DNA of 64,000 nt. Source: Isosphaeraceae bacterium. Lineage in GTDB: Bacteria; Planctomycetota; Planctomycetia; Isosphaerales; Isosphaeraceae. This document shows positions 50,627-61,494 of this stretch, one piece after another. The notes under the pieces are model-generated. The model had not been told where the DNA came from, did no database searches, and saw nothing but the letters and a program-made list of their open reading frames with translations. How positions within the stretch are numbered: the stretch's first letter is position 1; each line of letters begins with the position of its first letter. The stretch is from NCBI GenBank assembly GCA_046349995.1, contig JAXMBE010000046.1, positions 2,810-66,809 of the forward strand, written 5' to 3'. The translations under genes were made by a program, and so were the position numbers.

Positions 50627-51038
50627 GGCCGCGGGGAAAGCCTCGACGGGCGGGCCTGACCGGGCCCGCCGCGGCATTTGCCTTGCACACTCTCGGATCA
50701 CTCGAACGGGGCGGAACCCAATCCGCTTCGCCCTGACGGATCGAGGATGGGATGGATGCTCCTGCCGCAGGATCCGAAGGACATGAACCCCAGGACGGGT
50801 CGCGAGAAACCCAGGATGAGGACCAAGGAGATGCCCGGCTCCACTTCCGAGGGGCGGGCAGAGATTCAGGGGGGAGGAATCGCGCGTAATGCCTCCCACG
50901 GGACGCCTCGGGGCCGCACGAATTCGAAACCGGACAAGGCGGCGGCCGGGTCCGACCGGCAAGGAATAGGACGGGAACACACAGCGTCGGGCGGCCGAGC
51001 GGGTCGTCCGGGGCGAGTGTCCGCGTTTTTGTGAGATC

Positions 51039-51323
51039 ATGATATTTCGCATGACGGCCTCCGAACGCTCCCGGGTCGAGGCGATGGCCCGACGACCGAG
51101 GAGCCGGAAGCAGGGGTATCGCGCCCTGGCCCTGCTGGCGGTCAATGCCGGCGAACCGATCGAGGCCGTGGCCCGGCGCTACCGGGTCGGAGTCGAGCGG
51201 GTCGAGGCCTGGATGGAGGCGTTCGAGGCCCGCCGGCTGAGGTACCTCGCGGAGCCCGACGCCGCCGGTGCCCGGCGCAGGACGCGTCGAGGTAAAGAGG
51301 AAGAGGCGGAGGGGCTGGCCTGA
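51039..51323 (+). CDS. Helix-turn-helix domain protein
   Basis: RALALLAVNAGEPIEAVARRYRVGVERVEAW, resembling IS630-like HTH. Confidence 0.6.
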   Translation: MIFRMTASERSRVEAMARRPRSRKQGYRALALLAVNAGEPIEAVARRYRVGVERVEAWMEAFEARRLRYLAEPDAAGARRRTRRGKEEEAEGLA

Positions 51324-51544
51324 GCACCGTCCCCGCCGAGGATGCCCGGCGCGACGGAATCTCCCCCGCGGCCGCGAGAAATCACACCCTTGCCATCGCC
51401 ATTCTTTTCTGTTGGACTTGAAGTCGGCAAAGTACGCCACGGTTCCGATTCCTTTCATTGCTCGTCCCGCGTGGGTCTGCCTTCCGCTTGAACGTAACGG
51501 CGCGCGGGGCGAACGCCGTGGCTCTGGCTTCTTGAGGTATCTCG

Positions 51545-53500
51545 ATGTCCGCCACCCTCTCCCCGGCCGCGCCTTCTCCTGCGCTGGCCGCCGCGCTTCC
51601 AACCCATCCCCTGATCAATGACCTGTCGATCCGGGTGGGAACCGTCAACGGCTCGGGCAGTCAATCCGCCAACCTGGTGCTGCTCCGCGCGCTCTACGCG
51701 ATGGGGATCCCCTGCAGCGGCAAGAACGTCTTCCCCTCGAACATCGAGGGCCTGCCGACCTGGTTCCACATCCGGGCCAACGCGAAGGGCTACGTAGGAC
51801 ACCGGCAGGATCCCCAGATCCTGGTCTGCATGAATGAGCCCACGGCCAAGGATGACGTGCTGGCGCTCAAGCCCGGGACGATCTGCATCTACCGGGAAGA
51901 CTTCGCGGTCGACCTGAGGGGCCTCCGCGACGACGTGCTGTTCCTCGCGGTGCCGTTCCAGAAGCTGGTGGAGCAGGCGTATCCCCCGGACAAGGCCGAC
52001 AAGGGTTACCGCGACAAGCTCCGCAAGGTCATCAACATGGTCTACGTCGGCGTCCTCGCCGGGATCTGCGACATCCGGATGGATGACGTGGAGAAGGGGA
52101 TCCGCCGCGAGTTCCCCGGGCGCAAGGCGAAGGCCGCCGAGATCAACCTGAACGCCGCCCGGACCGGGTTCGAGTGGGCCAGGGAGAACCTGCCGGACGA
52201 CCTGCCCTACCGCGTCGTGCCGATGGAATCCACCCAGGACAAGATCCTGATCGAGGGGAACAAGGCCGCCGCGCTGGGGGTGCTCTTCGGCGGTGCGAGC
52301 GTCCTGACCTGGTACCCGATCACGCCATCCAGCAGCCTGGCGGAGTACGCCGAGGACTTCCTCAAGAAGTACCGCGTCCAGCCCGACGGCAAGCATTCGT
52401 TCGCGATCGTCCAGGCCGAGGACGAGCTGGCCGCCATCGGCATGGCCATCGGCGCCGGCTGGGGCGGGGCGCGGTCCCTGACGGCAACCTCCGGGCCGGG
52501 CATCTCGCTGATGAGCGAGTTCGTCGGCCTGGCGTACTTCGCCGAGATCCCGGTCGTGATCATCAACGTCCAGCGCATGGGCCCGAGCACCGGGCTGCCG
52601 ACCCGGACCAGCCAGGGCGACGTGCTCAAGATGCACCTGCTGGGCCACGGCGACTGCCGGCACATCGTGCTGGTCCCCGGCTCGGTGGAGGAGTGCTACG
52701 AGATGACCATCGAGGCGTTGGACCTGGCCCAGCAGTTCCAGACGCCGGTCTTCGTCGCCACCGACCTCGACCTGGGCATGAACCTCTGGCTGAGCAGCCC
52801 GTTCACCTATCCCACCAGGCCGATCCAGCGCGGCAAGGTCCTGACGGCGGCCGACCTGGAGCGGCTCGGCCAGTTCGAGCGGTACAGGGACGTGGACGGC
52901 GACGGCATCTGCTACCGCACGATCCCCGGCACCGAGAGCCCGCTGGCCGCGTACTTCACCCGCGGCACCGGGCACAACGAGAAGTCCGGCTACAGCGAGC
53001 GGCCCGAGGACTGGAAGAAGAACCTGGACCGGCTGGCCCTCAAGCTCGAGACGGCCCGGAAGACGGTGCCGCCCCCGATCATCGAGGGCGACATCTCGGC
53101 GCGGGTGGGGATGATCGCCTACGGCGGGACCCATTTCGCCATGACCGAGTCGCGCGACCTGCTGAAGGCCGAGGGGATCGCGACCGAGTATTGCCGGATC
53201 CGCGCGCTGCCCGTCTCGGACGAGGTCACCGCGTTCGTCGAGCGCCACCAGCGCGTCTACGTCATCGAGCAGAACCGCGACGCCCAGATCACCTCGCTGC
53301 TGCGGGCGTTCCTTCGCGGGGCCCTGGCCGACCGCCTCGTGCCGGTCACCCACTACAACGGCATGCCCATCTCCGCCGAGAACATCGTCCGCCCCATCCT
53401 GGGCTGGGAGAAGCACCCCTCGGGCCCCGGCTGGCCCACCGGCAATGTCGAGAAGGACAACCCTCCGGTGCCCCATGCCGAGGAGACCTCGCCGGAGTGA
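51545..53500 (+). CDS. korA: 2-oxoacid:ferredoxin oxidoreductase alpha subunit
   Basis: GTVNGSGSQSAN, WYPITPSSS, QAEDELAA, RMGPSTGLPT. Confidence 0.93.
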   Translation: MSATLSPAAPSPALAAALPTHPLINDLSIRVGTVNGSGSQSANLVLLRALYAMGIPCSGKNVFPSNIEGLPTWFHIRANAKGYVGHRQDPQILVCMNEPTAKDDVLALKPGTICIYREDFAVDLRGLRDDVLFLAVPFQKLVEQAYPPDKADKGYRDKLRKVINMVYVGVLAGICDIRMDDVEKGIRREFPGRKAKAAEINLNAARTGFEWARENLPDDLPYRVVPMESTQDKILIEGNKAAALGVLFGGASVLTWYPITPSSSLAEYAEDFLKKYRVQPDGKHSFAIVQAEDELAAIGMAIGAGWGGARSLTATSGPGISLMSEFVGLAYFAEIPVVIINVQRMGPSTGLPTRTSQGDVLKMHLLGHGDCRHIVLVPGSVEECYEMTIEALDLAQQFQTPVFVATDLDLGMNLWLSSPFTYPTRPIQRGKVLTAADLERLGQFERYRDVDGDGICYRTIPGTESPLAAYFTRGTGHNEKSGYSERPEDWKKNLDRLALKLETARKTVPPPIIEGDISARVGMIAYGGTHFAMTESRDLLKAEGIATEYCRIRALPVSDEVTAFVERHQRVYVIEQNRDAQITSLLRAFLRGALADRLVPVTHYNGMPISAENIVRPILGWEKHPSGPGWPTGNVEKDNPPVPHAEETSPE

Positions 53501-53565
53501 GTCGCGATCTCATCAGTCAAGATCCAGTCAATTGACATTTCTATGATTCGAGGGGTGAACGATCC

Positions 53566-54618
53566 ATGGCCAGCGAAGCGACGATCACGGTCCAGTCCAA
53601 CGGCAGCTCCTACGCCCTGCCGATGGTGGCCTTCCAGGGGCTGCCCTCGACGCTCTGCAAGGGGTGCGGCCACAACAGCATCACCAGCCACCTCATCGAA
53701 GCCTGCAAGTCGATCGGGGTGAACCCGTATTACACGGTCAAGCTCAGCGGCATCGGCTGCTCGAGCAAGACTCCGGCCTACTTCCTCCAGGCCAGCCACG
53801 GCTTCAACGCGCTGCACGGCCGGATGCCGTCGGTGGCGACCGGGGCCCTGCTGGCGAACCATAAGCTGGTCTGCATCGGCATCAGCGGCGACGGCGACAC
53901 GGCGAACATCGGCATGGGCCAGTTCAAGCACGCCTGCCGCAGGAACGTGCCGATGGTCTACATCGTCGAGGACAACGGCTGCTACGGCCTGACCAAGGGG
54001 CAGTTCTCGGCGACCGCGGACCTCAACGCCACGCTCCGCCGGCCCACCGGCGAGGCCAACTCGATCCCGCCGTTCGACCTCTGCGTCGAGGCGATCGTCG
54101 GCGGCGCCACGTTCGTCGCCCGCTCGTTCGCCGGCGACAAGAAGCAGCTCGTCCCGCTGATCAAGGCCGCGCTCAAGCACAAGGGGACGGCCTTCCTGGA
54201 CATCATCAGCCCCTGCGTCACCTTCAACGACTTCGACGGCTCGACGAAGAGCTGGGACTGGGCCAAGGAGCACGAGGAGCCGCTCCAGGAGGTGGGCTTC
54301 GTCCCCCGCCTGCCCGAGATCGAGGTCGAGCAGAAGGCCGGCGAGGCCACCCGCGTGAAGCTCCACGACGGCTCGTGGATCGTCCTCCGCGCCCTGGCCC
54401 ACCGAGAGCACGACGTGACCAGCCGCGCCTCGGCGCTGACGCTCCTGGAGAAGGGGCACTCCGCAGGCGAGTTCCTCACCGGGCTGCTCTACGTGGATGC
54501 GGACCGCAACGACTTCATCACGAACCTGAAGACCGCCGACACCCCGCTGGCCCTCCTCACCCAGGAGACCCTGCGCCCCGGCCCGGAGGTGCTCGACAAG
54601 ATCATGGAGACGATCTGA
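53566..54618 (+). CDS. korB: 2-oxoacid:ferredoxin oxidoreductase beta subunit
   Basis: LCKGCGH, SGIGCSS, GDGD, YGLTKGQFS, SPCVTFN. Confidence 0.93.
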   Translation: MASEATITVQSNGSSYALPMVAFQGLPSTLCKGCGHNSITSHLIEACKSIGVNPYYTVKLSGIGCSSKTPAYFLQASHGFNALHGRMPSVATGALLANHKLVCIGISGDGDTANIGMGQFKHACRRNVPMVYIVEDNGCYGLTKGQFSATADLNATLRRPTGEANSIPPFDLCVEAIVGGATFVARSFAGDKKQLVPLIKAALKHKGTAFLDIISPCVTFNDFDGSTKSWDWAKEHEEPLQEVGFVPRLPEIEVEQKAGEATRVKLHDGSWIVLRALAHREHDVTSRASALTLLEKGHSAGEFLTGLLYVDADRNDFITNLKTADTPLALLTQETLRPGPEVLDKIMETI

Positions 54619-54785
54619 GTCGGTCCGGCCCCGTCCGGCTGGAACGGTCCGGCCGTCGTCGGCTCCGAGATCGACCGTCGGGCCCCTTCGCCGGGCGTGA
54701 ATCCCCGGTCGAGCGCGACGAAGCGTGACCACCGACGCGACTCGGCGGGCCCGACGCGGTTCCGCTTCGCTCGAATGTCAGCCCA

Positions 54786-54866
54786 GTAAGGGTGTGTCGA
54801 GCGGAGCGACGTCGCACAGGGAAAGCGCCGCGGCGACCCCGCGGTGCGTCCCGGGATGCACCCTAC
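54786..54866. repeat. REP-like inverted pair (GTAG-type)
   Basis: GTAAGGGTGTGTC... and ...GGTGCGTCCCGGGATGCACCCTAC in inverted orientation between convergent genes. Confidence 0.55.
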
Positions 54867-55024
54867 CAATCCGGGCGGCATCCGCCGCGTCCGGGCCACT
54901 CGCGTGCGTGGACACGTCACCCCGCATGCCCGGCGAGACGACACGGGGTGCCCCAGTACATCGGCCTCCGTGGGGAGGGTCGGGTTGGAGGCGATCGGAG
55001 TGCGGTGGGATCGTGGCCGGGTGC

Positions 55025-55978
55025 TCAGTCCGCGATCCGCCGCATCCAGAAGCTGCTGGGAACCCCGTTGGCCGGGCGATACCGGGTGAACGCCCTCTTC
55101 AAGGCCTCGGGATGCCGGTGATGCAGATAGCTGCTCGACCAGAGCACCTCGAAGGCCGAGTTGAACGAGAGGAACGCCTGGAGCAGATAGGCCTCGTTCC
55201 AGAAGATGAAGCGGTTCTTGACCAGTTCGCGGGGGTAGTCGTAAGGCAAGAAGATGTCGTGGATGTGCAGGATCACACCGCGACGGAGCCGCGGGATGAT
55301 CTCGAGATACTCGTAGTGGACGTCGCTGCCGATCTTCAGCATGTGCGAGGAGTCGATGAAGAGGATGTCGTTCTCGCCGAGTTCGAGGAACTCCGAGAGC
55401 GGCACCTCCTGGACGGGGATGGCCCTCAACTCGCAGAGCCCGGGGAATCCCTCGACCAGGTCCCTCGCCGGGGAGGGCTCGATCGCGATGAGCTTCGCCT
55501 CGATCCCCGTCTCGGCTTGATTCTTCAGGACGGCCTTCGCGGCGACCTTCGTGCTCTCGCCGGATCCGATCTCGATGATCCGCCGCGGCTTGAAATGCCG
55601 TATCATGCAATAGAGGACCCCCCAGTCGGGGATGGAGTAAGACTCGGCCCCATCGGCCTCGTACTCCGGCCGATAGAGGTCGCCGAAGTCGGAGAGGAGC
55701 CGAAGCTGGGCGGGCTCGTTCAAGTCGACACCCGCCAGATCAAATTGTCGATTGAAGACATGTTCATTTATATCTCTGGTGTCCGGGATGGGGTTGTAGA
55801 AGTGGACGGGCATGATGTGATAGCCGCGCGATTGCCACAGCTCGAAATACCTTTGGTCGCGGAGCACTCCGGCGGGGACGAGGTTGGCAACGATTTGCGC
55901 GATCAGGTCTCTCGCGCCGGTCCTCAAGGCCTTCAGCATCGGCACCCCTCCGGAATCCTCGCCCGCATTGACGCGCAT
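55025..55978 (-). CDS. Class I SAM-dependent methyltransferase (Methyltransf_24-like)
   Basis: IIEIGSGEST, DILFIDSSH, HIHDIF, WNEAYLL. Confidence 0.9.
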   Translation of the reverse strand: MRVNAGEDSGGVPMLKALRTGARDLIAQIVANLVPAGVLRDQRYFELWQSRGYHIMPVHFYNPIPDTRDINEHVFNRQFDLAGVDLNEPAQLRLLSDFGDLYRPEYEADGAESYSIPDWGVLYCMIRHFKPRRIIEIGSGESTKVAAKAVLKNQAETGIEAKLIAIEPSPARDLVEGFPGLCELRAIPVQEVPLSEFLELGENDILFIDSSHMLKIGSDVHYEYLEIIPRLRRGVILHIHDIFLPYDYPRELVKNRFIFWNEAYLLQAFLSFNSAFEVLWSSSYLHHRHPEALKRAFTRYRPANGVPSSFWMRRIAD

Positions 55979-56938
55979 TGGCGCCCCACGCGGCCATCGC
56001 GGGGGACGGCTCGTTCATCCCGCTCGTCGCACGCGAGATGGGCGGGCGGTTCGCCTCGCATCAATCCCCCGTGCAGTCCCCACGACAACCTCGGCAGCAA
56101 GCACGTCCTGCCGAGGGTACGGGCTACCTCTCAATTGATGATCAAAATGGAAGAATGAATTGTGATTAAATTGACTCAGTCTGCTTTGGTCCGAGTGTCA
56201 TCGACGGAACTAATGGAGAGAAATTCTGCAGGGAATTTTCCGGTATTAGAATGGCCTCCGGATCCCGAGGCAAGAGCAACTCAGCCGGCCGGTTCCACGG
56301 GCCGCCCTGGAGAAAGCAGATCTCGGCCGATCCGATCGCGATCGCCGCGAATATGAAGGAACCGCCAGGCCGCCGGCGGGTGACTCGGGGCCCGGGCGGA
56401 CGGCCGTTCGACTCGGGCAGCGGGGTGTCCCTCCGCTCAACCTTCCGGCCCGCGGCTACGGATCAAGGTCCATTCCAGGCAAGCCCGCACCGAGATGTCC
56501 AGGGCGGTCGCCGGTTCGGCGTGTAGGTCCTGCAATTGCGTCCCGGGGTGTCCGAGACTCCGTCCAGGCCCCGGGGGACGGCCGGCCCACCCCCGGCCCG
56601 CAACCCCCGATCTTACGAGATCCTCGCCGAGCATCGGCGACCGCTCCAGCCGGTGCCTCGGGCCGTTCCTCGGCACTCGAGATGCTCCGTCGATCCCTGG
56701 CTCCCTGGGGATCGGCAAGGTCCACCAGGGGTCCGGGATGCCGTGCATGCAAGCGGGGTGGTCTGCGACCCCGGACCGAGAGATGGCCGGCCAGGGAGCG
56801 AGTCGTGGGCTGACATCTCGATCGGGATCGACGTCAATTCTTCAGGCCTTGCCCTCGGCTAATCCGCCCGGGTTAACTGGATCCCCTGCCGCCGAGGCTG
56901 AGAGGTCTGCGAACCAGAGATTGCGGAGAGCAACATCG

Positions 56939-58333
56939 ATGGGCGTCCGGGTCCTGGAGAGGCCGTCCGCAAGAGTCGAGGCGTCAGCGCCGGGAATCCC
57001 CCACGTGGTGGTCATCGGCGCGGGGTTCGGCGGGCTGGCCGCTGTGCAAGCCCTGCGGCGTGCGCGGGTGCGGGTGACTGTCATCGATCGCCAGAATCAT
57101 CACCTGTTCCAGCCGCTGCTCTACCAGGTGGCGACCGCCGCGCTCAACCCGAGCGACATCGCCGCGCCGATCCGTCGAGTTTTACGGAGGCAGAAGAACG
57201 CCGAGGCGCTGCTGGCCGACGTCACGAGCATCGACCTGGGCCGGCGGGTGGTCGTCCTGGCCGACGGCGAGGTGGGGTATGACGCCCTGATCCTCGCCGC
57301 CGGGTCCACGCACTCGTACTTCGGCCACCCCGAATGGGAGACCTGGGCGCCGGGGCTGAAGGCCATCGAGGACGCGCTGGAGATCCGCCGCAAGATGCTC
57401 CTGGCGTTCGAGGTCAGCGAGCGCGAGCCGGACGAGGCGCTGCGGCGGGAGTGGATGACCTTCGTGGTCGTGGGCGGTGGGCCGACCGGAGTCGAGCTCG
57501 CGGGGACGCTTCGCGACGTGGCCCGGATCACCCTGGCGAAGGACTTCCGGCACATCGATCCGACCACCGCGCGGGTAATCCTGGTCGAAGGGTCGCCCCG
57601 CGTGCTGCCTCCCTATCCGGAGGAGCTCTCCGAGAGCGCGAAGAGGCAGCTCGAGGCGCTGGGCGTCGAGGTCCGACCTGCGACGAGGGTAACCGGCATC
57701 GACGCCGGGGGCGTCTGGATCGGCGACGAGCGGATCGCTGCTCGGACCGTGCTCTGGGCCGCCGGGGTGGCGGCCTCGCCGCTGGGTCGGAGCCTGGGCG
57801 TCCCGCTCGACCGGGCCGGGCGGGTCCAGGTCGAGCCGGACCTGACCGTCCCCGGCCATCCCGAGGTCTACGTGATCGGCGACCTGGCACACCTGGAGCA
57901 GGACGGCAAGCCCGTGCCCGGCGTGGCCCCCGCGGCCACCCAGATGGGAAGGCACGCGGCGCGGAACCTCGTCAGGGCGCTACGCGGCCAGACCCGCGAG
58001 CCCTTCCGCTACAAGGACCGGGGCTCGATGGCGACGATCGGCCGGGGCGCCGCGGTCGCCCAGATCGGCCGGCTGAAGATCTCCGGCGCGATCGCCTGGC
58101 TCATGTGGCTCTTCGTGCATATTTACTTCCTGATCGGCTTCCGGAACCGCGTGCTTGTGATGCTCCAGTGGGCCTGGTCGTACGTCAGCTACGACCGCGG
58201 CGCCCGATTGATCACCGGCCGCGCCGAGGGCCCGCTGATCACCGGCCTGGCCACCGGACCCCTCCGGGCGAACGCCGACGACCACGATGAGAGCATCGGT
58301 GCGGTCCCGGCGGCGAACGAGGCGGAACGCTGA
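56939..58333 (+). CDS. ndh: Type II NADH dehydrogenase
   Basis: VIGAGFGG, HLFQPLLYQVAT, GGGPTGVELAG, WAAG, GSMATIG. Confidence 0.92.
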   Translation: MGVRVLERPSARVEASAPGIPHVVVIGAGFGGLAAVQALRRARVRVTVIDRQNHHLFQPLLYQVATAALNPSDIAAPIRRVLRRQKNAEALLADVTSIDLGRRVVVLADGEVGYDALILAAGSTHSYFGHPEWETWAPGLKAIEDALEIRRKMLLAFEVSEREPDEALRREWMTFVVVGGGPTGVELAGTLRDVARITLAKDFRHIDPTTARVILVEGSPRVLPPYPEELSESAKRQLEALGVEVRPATRVTGIDAGGVWIGDERIAARTVLWAAGVAASPLGRSLGVPLDRAGRVQVEPDLTVPGHPEVYVIGDLAHLEQDGKPVPGVAPAATQMGRHAARNLVRALRGQTREPFRYKDRGSMATIGRGAAVAQIGRLKISGAIAWLMWLFVHIYFLIGFRNRVLVMLQWAWSYVSYDRGARLITGRAEGPLITGLATGPLRANADDHDESIGAVPAANEAER

Positions 58334-59004
58334 TGCAGCGGCAGACTGGGCTAAGTCCCGAGACGGGCCTCGTCTATTCCATCATGCTGTTCGGGGCGTG
58401 GACGCTGTACCTCGCCGTCGGATATGGGCGGGTCCGGTCGATCGTCGGGGGTGATCTGTTGCACGAGGTCATCCGCGTCGCGATCTTCGTCGGTCCGGCC
58501 GCGCTCGTCGTACGTCAGAGGCTGCCTGAGGCCGTCGGGCGGATGGGTCTCCGGGCCGGGCTCGGGCGTGGGATTGCGGTCGGTCTCGCCATCGGGCTGG
58601 CCTATGGGGCCGTCGCGCTCGTCGTCGGGACGATGATCGAGGGGCGCTCGCTCCCGGACGATATCCCGTGGGCCGGACTTCCGCGCGCCGGATTCTCGGT
58701 CGCGACCCTGGTTGAGGAGTTCGCGTTCCGCGGTGTCCTCCTGCAGAGCTTTCTGCAATGGGGGTCGGCGCGATCCGCCCTCGTGACCTCGGCCCTGTTC
58801 GCGGCGGTCCACATCCCGGGGTGGGTCCTGCTCGGCGCGATGAGCGTCCAGGCGATGGCAGCGGCCTTCGGCTCGATCTTCCTGCTGGGGATGATCCTGG
58901 CCATCGTGATGCTACGGTCGAGGAGCCTGTGGACCTGCGTGATCGTCCATGCTGCGAACAATCTGGTCTCCGCCTTGATGGCCGGGGGAGCCGGCGCCTC
59001 CTGA
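58333..59004 (+). CDS. CPBP (CAAX/Abi) intramembrane glutamic endopeptidase
   Basis: EEFAFRG, FAAVH, HAANN. Confidence 0.9.
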   Translation: MQRQTGLSPETGLVYSIMLFGAWTLYLAVGYGRVRSIVGGDLLHEVIRVAIFVGPAALVVRQRLPEAVGRMGLRAGLGRGIAVGLAIGLAYGAVALVVGTMIEGRSLPDDIPWAGLPRAGFSVATLVEEFAFRGVLLQSFLQWGSARSALVTSALFAAVHIPGWVLLGAMSVQAMAAAFGSIFLLGMILAIVMLRSRSLWTCVIVHAANNLVSALMAGGAGAS

Positions 59005-59147
59005 ACCAAGGACCGACACCGGAGGAGACCGCGGCTGGACCTTGCCATGGCTCTAACCGGGCCCGCCGTGACCTGTTCTGATATCATCGAGTCTTTCCTC
59101 GGTGGGTCGGCCCGCCGAACCTGGGAGTCAAGCAATAGGGTGTCTCG

Positions 59148-59489
59148 ATGGCTCGCGGCATCACGGTCTATCGGGAGGTCGGCGGCGATCCGCTGTATGA
59201 CGAGCCGCTGGGCAGCGAGGCGATGGTCCGTCAGTGGTGGTCGGAGCCCGCGACCTCGCTCGGCCTGCCGTTGCTCGCCTCGATCTACGATCAAGGGTTC
59301 TACCACGGCATCCGCTGGTCCGGCGTGGAGTTGGCTCAGGTGCAGGCCGAGTTGGCAAGGCTTCAGCTCCACTGGGACTCGATGAGCCTGCCTGCGGACG
59401 TCGCGGCCGGACTGGCAGAGCGGGCAGGGTATCTGCGGGAGGCCGTCGAGATGGCGATGGATTGCGGCGGCTTCGTCTCCATCGCATAG
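59148..59489 (+). CDS. Hypothetical protein
   Basis: 113-aa ORF with globular composition, co-oriented with neighbours. Confidence 0.6.
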   Translation: MARGITVYREVGGDPLYDEPLGSEAMVRQWWSEPATSLGLPLLASIYDQGFYHGIRWSGVELAQVQAELARLQLHWDSMSLPADVAAGLAERAGYLREAVEMAMDCGGFVSIA

Positions 59490-59656
59490 ACTCTCGGGAC
59501 CGCCTCTCGGGACCGACAAGGAACCGAGTCCGGGAGCCCTGGTTCTTGACCGGACGTCTGAGGCGCGGTACGCGGGACTGTCAGTGCAGGCTCCAGGAGT
59601 CGTCCTTTGATCGTGGCGGCTTCCGGCGCACCTCGAACCAGTCTCGGAGAGTTCCC

Positions 59657-61438
59657 ATGCCCGGCATCCGCTATCGCGACCACACCGACAGCGTGGAGCA
59701 GAAGCTCAAGCTTCTCGAAGCAGCCGTAGGGGACGGCCGGCGCGACGTGGCGCTGTCGCTGGCCGAGTCGATCCGGGACACGCTCCGATTCGAGCGATCC
59801 ACCGAGACGGCAGATCAGCCCGTCTCGCTCGCCTCGGATCAGTCGGTGCCGGTCTCCACGCTGCCGCGACCCTGGGCCGAGTGGGCGAAAGGTTGGTCGC
59901 ACGCGCGGCCGTTCGCGCTCCTCGAGACCGTGACGCTGGAACGCATCCGGGAGCCGGTCGAGATGACGATGGCCATCGCGGCCGACCAGGCGACCGACCC
60001 GAACCGCGAGCTCCGGCTGGCCCGTGTGGACGCACAGGACGGCTCCCTGCGCGAGATCCCGTCACAGGTGACGAGGGTCACCCGCGAGGGTGGCCGGTGG
60101 CGTTGCGGCCTGGTCTTCCTCGCCGACGTGCCGGCGCACGGGCAGGCGGATTACCTCGTCTTCCACGGCAATCCGTACGCCGAGCTGCCGGAGTACGTCA
60201 CCGACCTTCGCACCCGCGGCGAGGGCTACGCGCTGGAGATTTCCAACCACCACTTCCGCGCGCAGCTCTCGCCGCAGATGGGCCAGCTCGACCGGCTGAC
60301 CTTCCGGCGCGAGCACGGGCATGAGCTGTACGCCGGCGGCAAGGGGCACGGCGAGCCGCCGAGCATCGACTGGGCCCACGACTATGTCGATGAGGGCAAC
60401 TTCCAGAAGGTCCGGATCAAGAACTGGGAGAGATGCCCCAACTTCGAGGTCGAGGTCGGGCCGATCCTGGTGCGCATCCGGCGCTGGGGGTTCCCGCACA
60501 GCCCGCTGCACCCGCTGTTCACGCCGAGCCGGATCCACGTCGACCAGACCTACAGCTTCTTCGCGGGCCAGCCCCACTTCTTCAAGCAGGGGAGGATGGA
60601 AGCGATCCAGGACGTGACGGTCGAGGCCATGCGCGATGACGAGTGGGTCTTCTCGGGCTACTCGTTCACGGACCTGCTCTGGATCGACCGTGCGGGGAAG
60701 TTACACGAGGGTCCGGTGCCCGCGGAATCGATCAACGATCTCTGGGGGGTCGGCTTCCGCCATCGCGACAGCCGCGACGCGTTCCTGGCGCTCTGGCTGG
60801 AGCATCGGGCCGAGGGCCACGACTCTATCGGCAACAACGGGACGCCGACGCTCCAGTATCCGGGCCACGGGCAGCTCTGGAGCCGCTATCCGCTGCATCA
60901 CGCCAAGCTCAAGGCGGGCGCCACGTTCCACCAGCGGAATGCGTATCTCGTGCTGGCCTATCCAGAGCACGACGCCGCGAAGTCGATCGAGGCCATCCGC
61001 CATCGACTCGTCAACCCGCTCGTGGTGCAGGCCGGGGGACCGTCCCGCCCCGCGAACGCCACGGCCGCCGGGGCACTCGCGCGCCCGGGTGAAACCGCAG
61101 GAACGGCCCCGCTGAAGCCCGCGATCTGGCAGGCCCTGAAGCAGGTGATGGACGACCAGCTCTACACCACCGAGGCGGGGATCGTGGACCTCGGCTACGT
61201 GTACGACGTTCGCGTCCGCGGCGGCACGGCTCATGTGATCGTGACGATGCCCCATCGCGGCCGGCCGGTCCACGATTTCCTCGTGACCCAGGGGGGCGGT
61301 CGGGTCACCGAGGGCATCCGCGAACGCCTCCTCAGGATCGAGGGCGTCCGCGACGTCGTCGTCGACGTGGCGTGGAATCCTCCCTGGAACGTCGCCCGAT
61401 TGACCGACGTCGGCCGCCGCGCGCTGGGGCTGGGCTGA
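59657..61438 (+). CDS. Hypothetical protein with C-terminal DUF59/SufT-like domain
   Basis: GGAG RBS; C-terminal IWQALKQVMD..IVDLGYVYDV..GVRDVVVDVAWNPPW. Confidence 0.8.
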   Translation: MPGIRYRDHTDSVEQKLKLLEAAVGDGRRDVALSLAESIRDTLRFERSTETADQPVSLASDQSVPVSTLPRPWAEWAKGWSHARPFALLETVTLERIREPVEMTMAIAADQATDPNRELRLARVDAQDGSLREIPSQVTRVTREGGRWRCGLVFLADVPAHGQADYLVFHGNPYAELPEYVTDLRTRGEGYALEISNHHFRAQLSPQMGQLDRLTFRREHGHELYAGGKGHGEPPSIDWAHDYVDEGNFQKVRIKNWERCPNFEVEVGPILVRIRRWGFPHSPLHPLFTPSRIHVDQTYSFFAGQPHFFKQGRMEAIQDVTVEAMRDDEWVFSGYSFTDLLWIDRAGKLHEGPVPAESINDLWGVGFRHRDSRDAFLALWLEHRAEGHDSIGNNGTPTLQYPGHGQLWSRYPLHHAKLKAGATFHQRNAYLVLAYPEHDAAKSIEAIRHRLVNPLVVQAGGPSRPANATAAGALARPGETAGTAPLKPAIWQALKQVMDDQLYTTEAGIVDLGYVYDVRVRGGTAHVIVTMPHRGRPVHDFLVTQGGGRVTEGIRERLLRIEGVRDVVVDVAWNPPWNVARLTDVGRRALGLG

Positions 61439-61494
61439 AGCGAGCGGGGCGGATGAAGTGAAAGCATACCCGATGGACGCAGGGAGTCACGACG

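Noticed and set aside
51039-51323. IS630 element
   Set aside because: Only an HTH-like ORF; no DDE domain or terminal repeats seen
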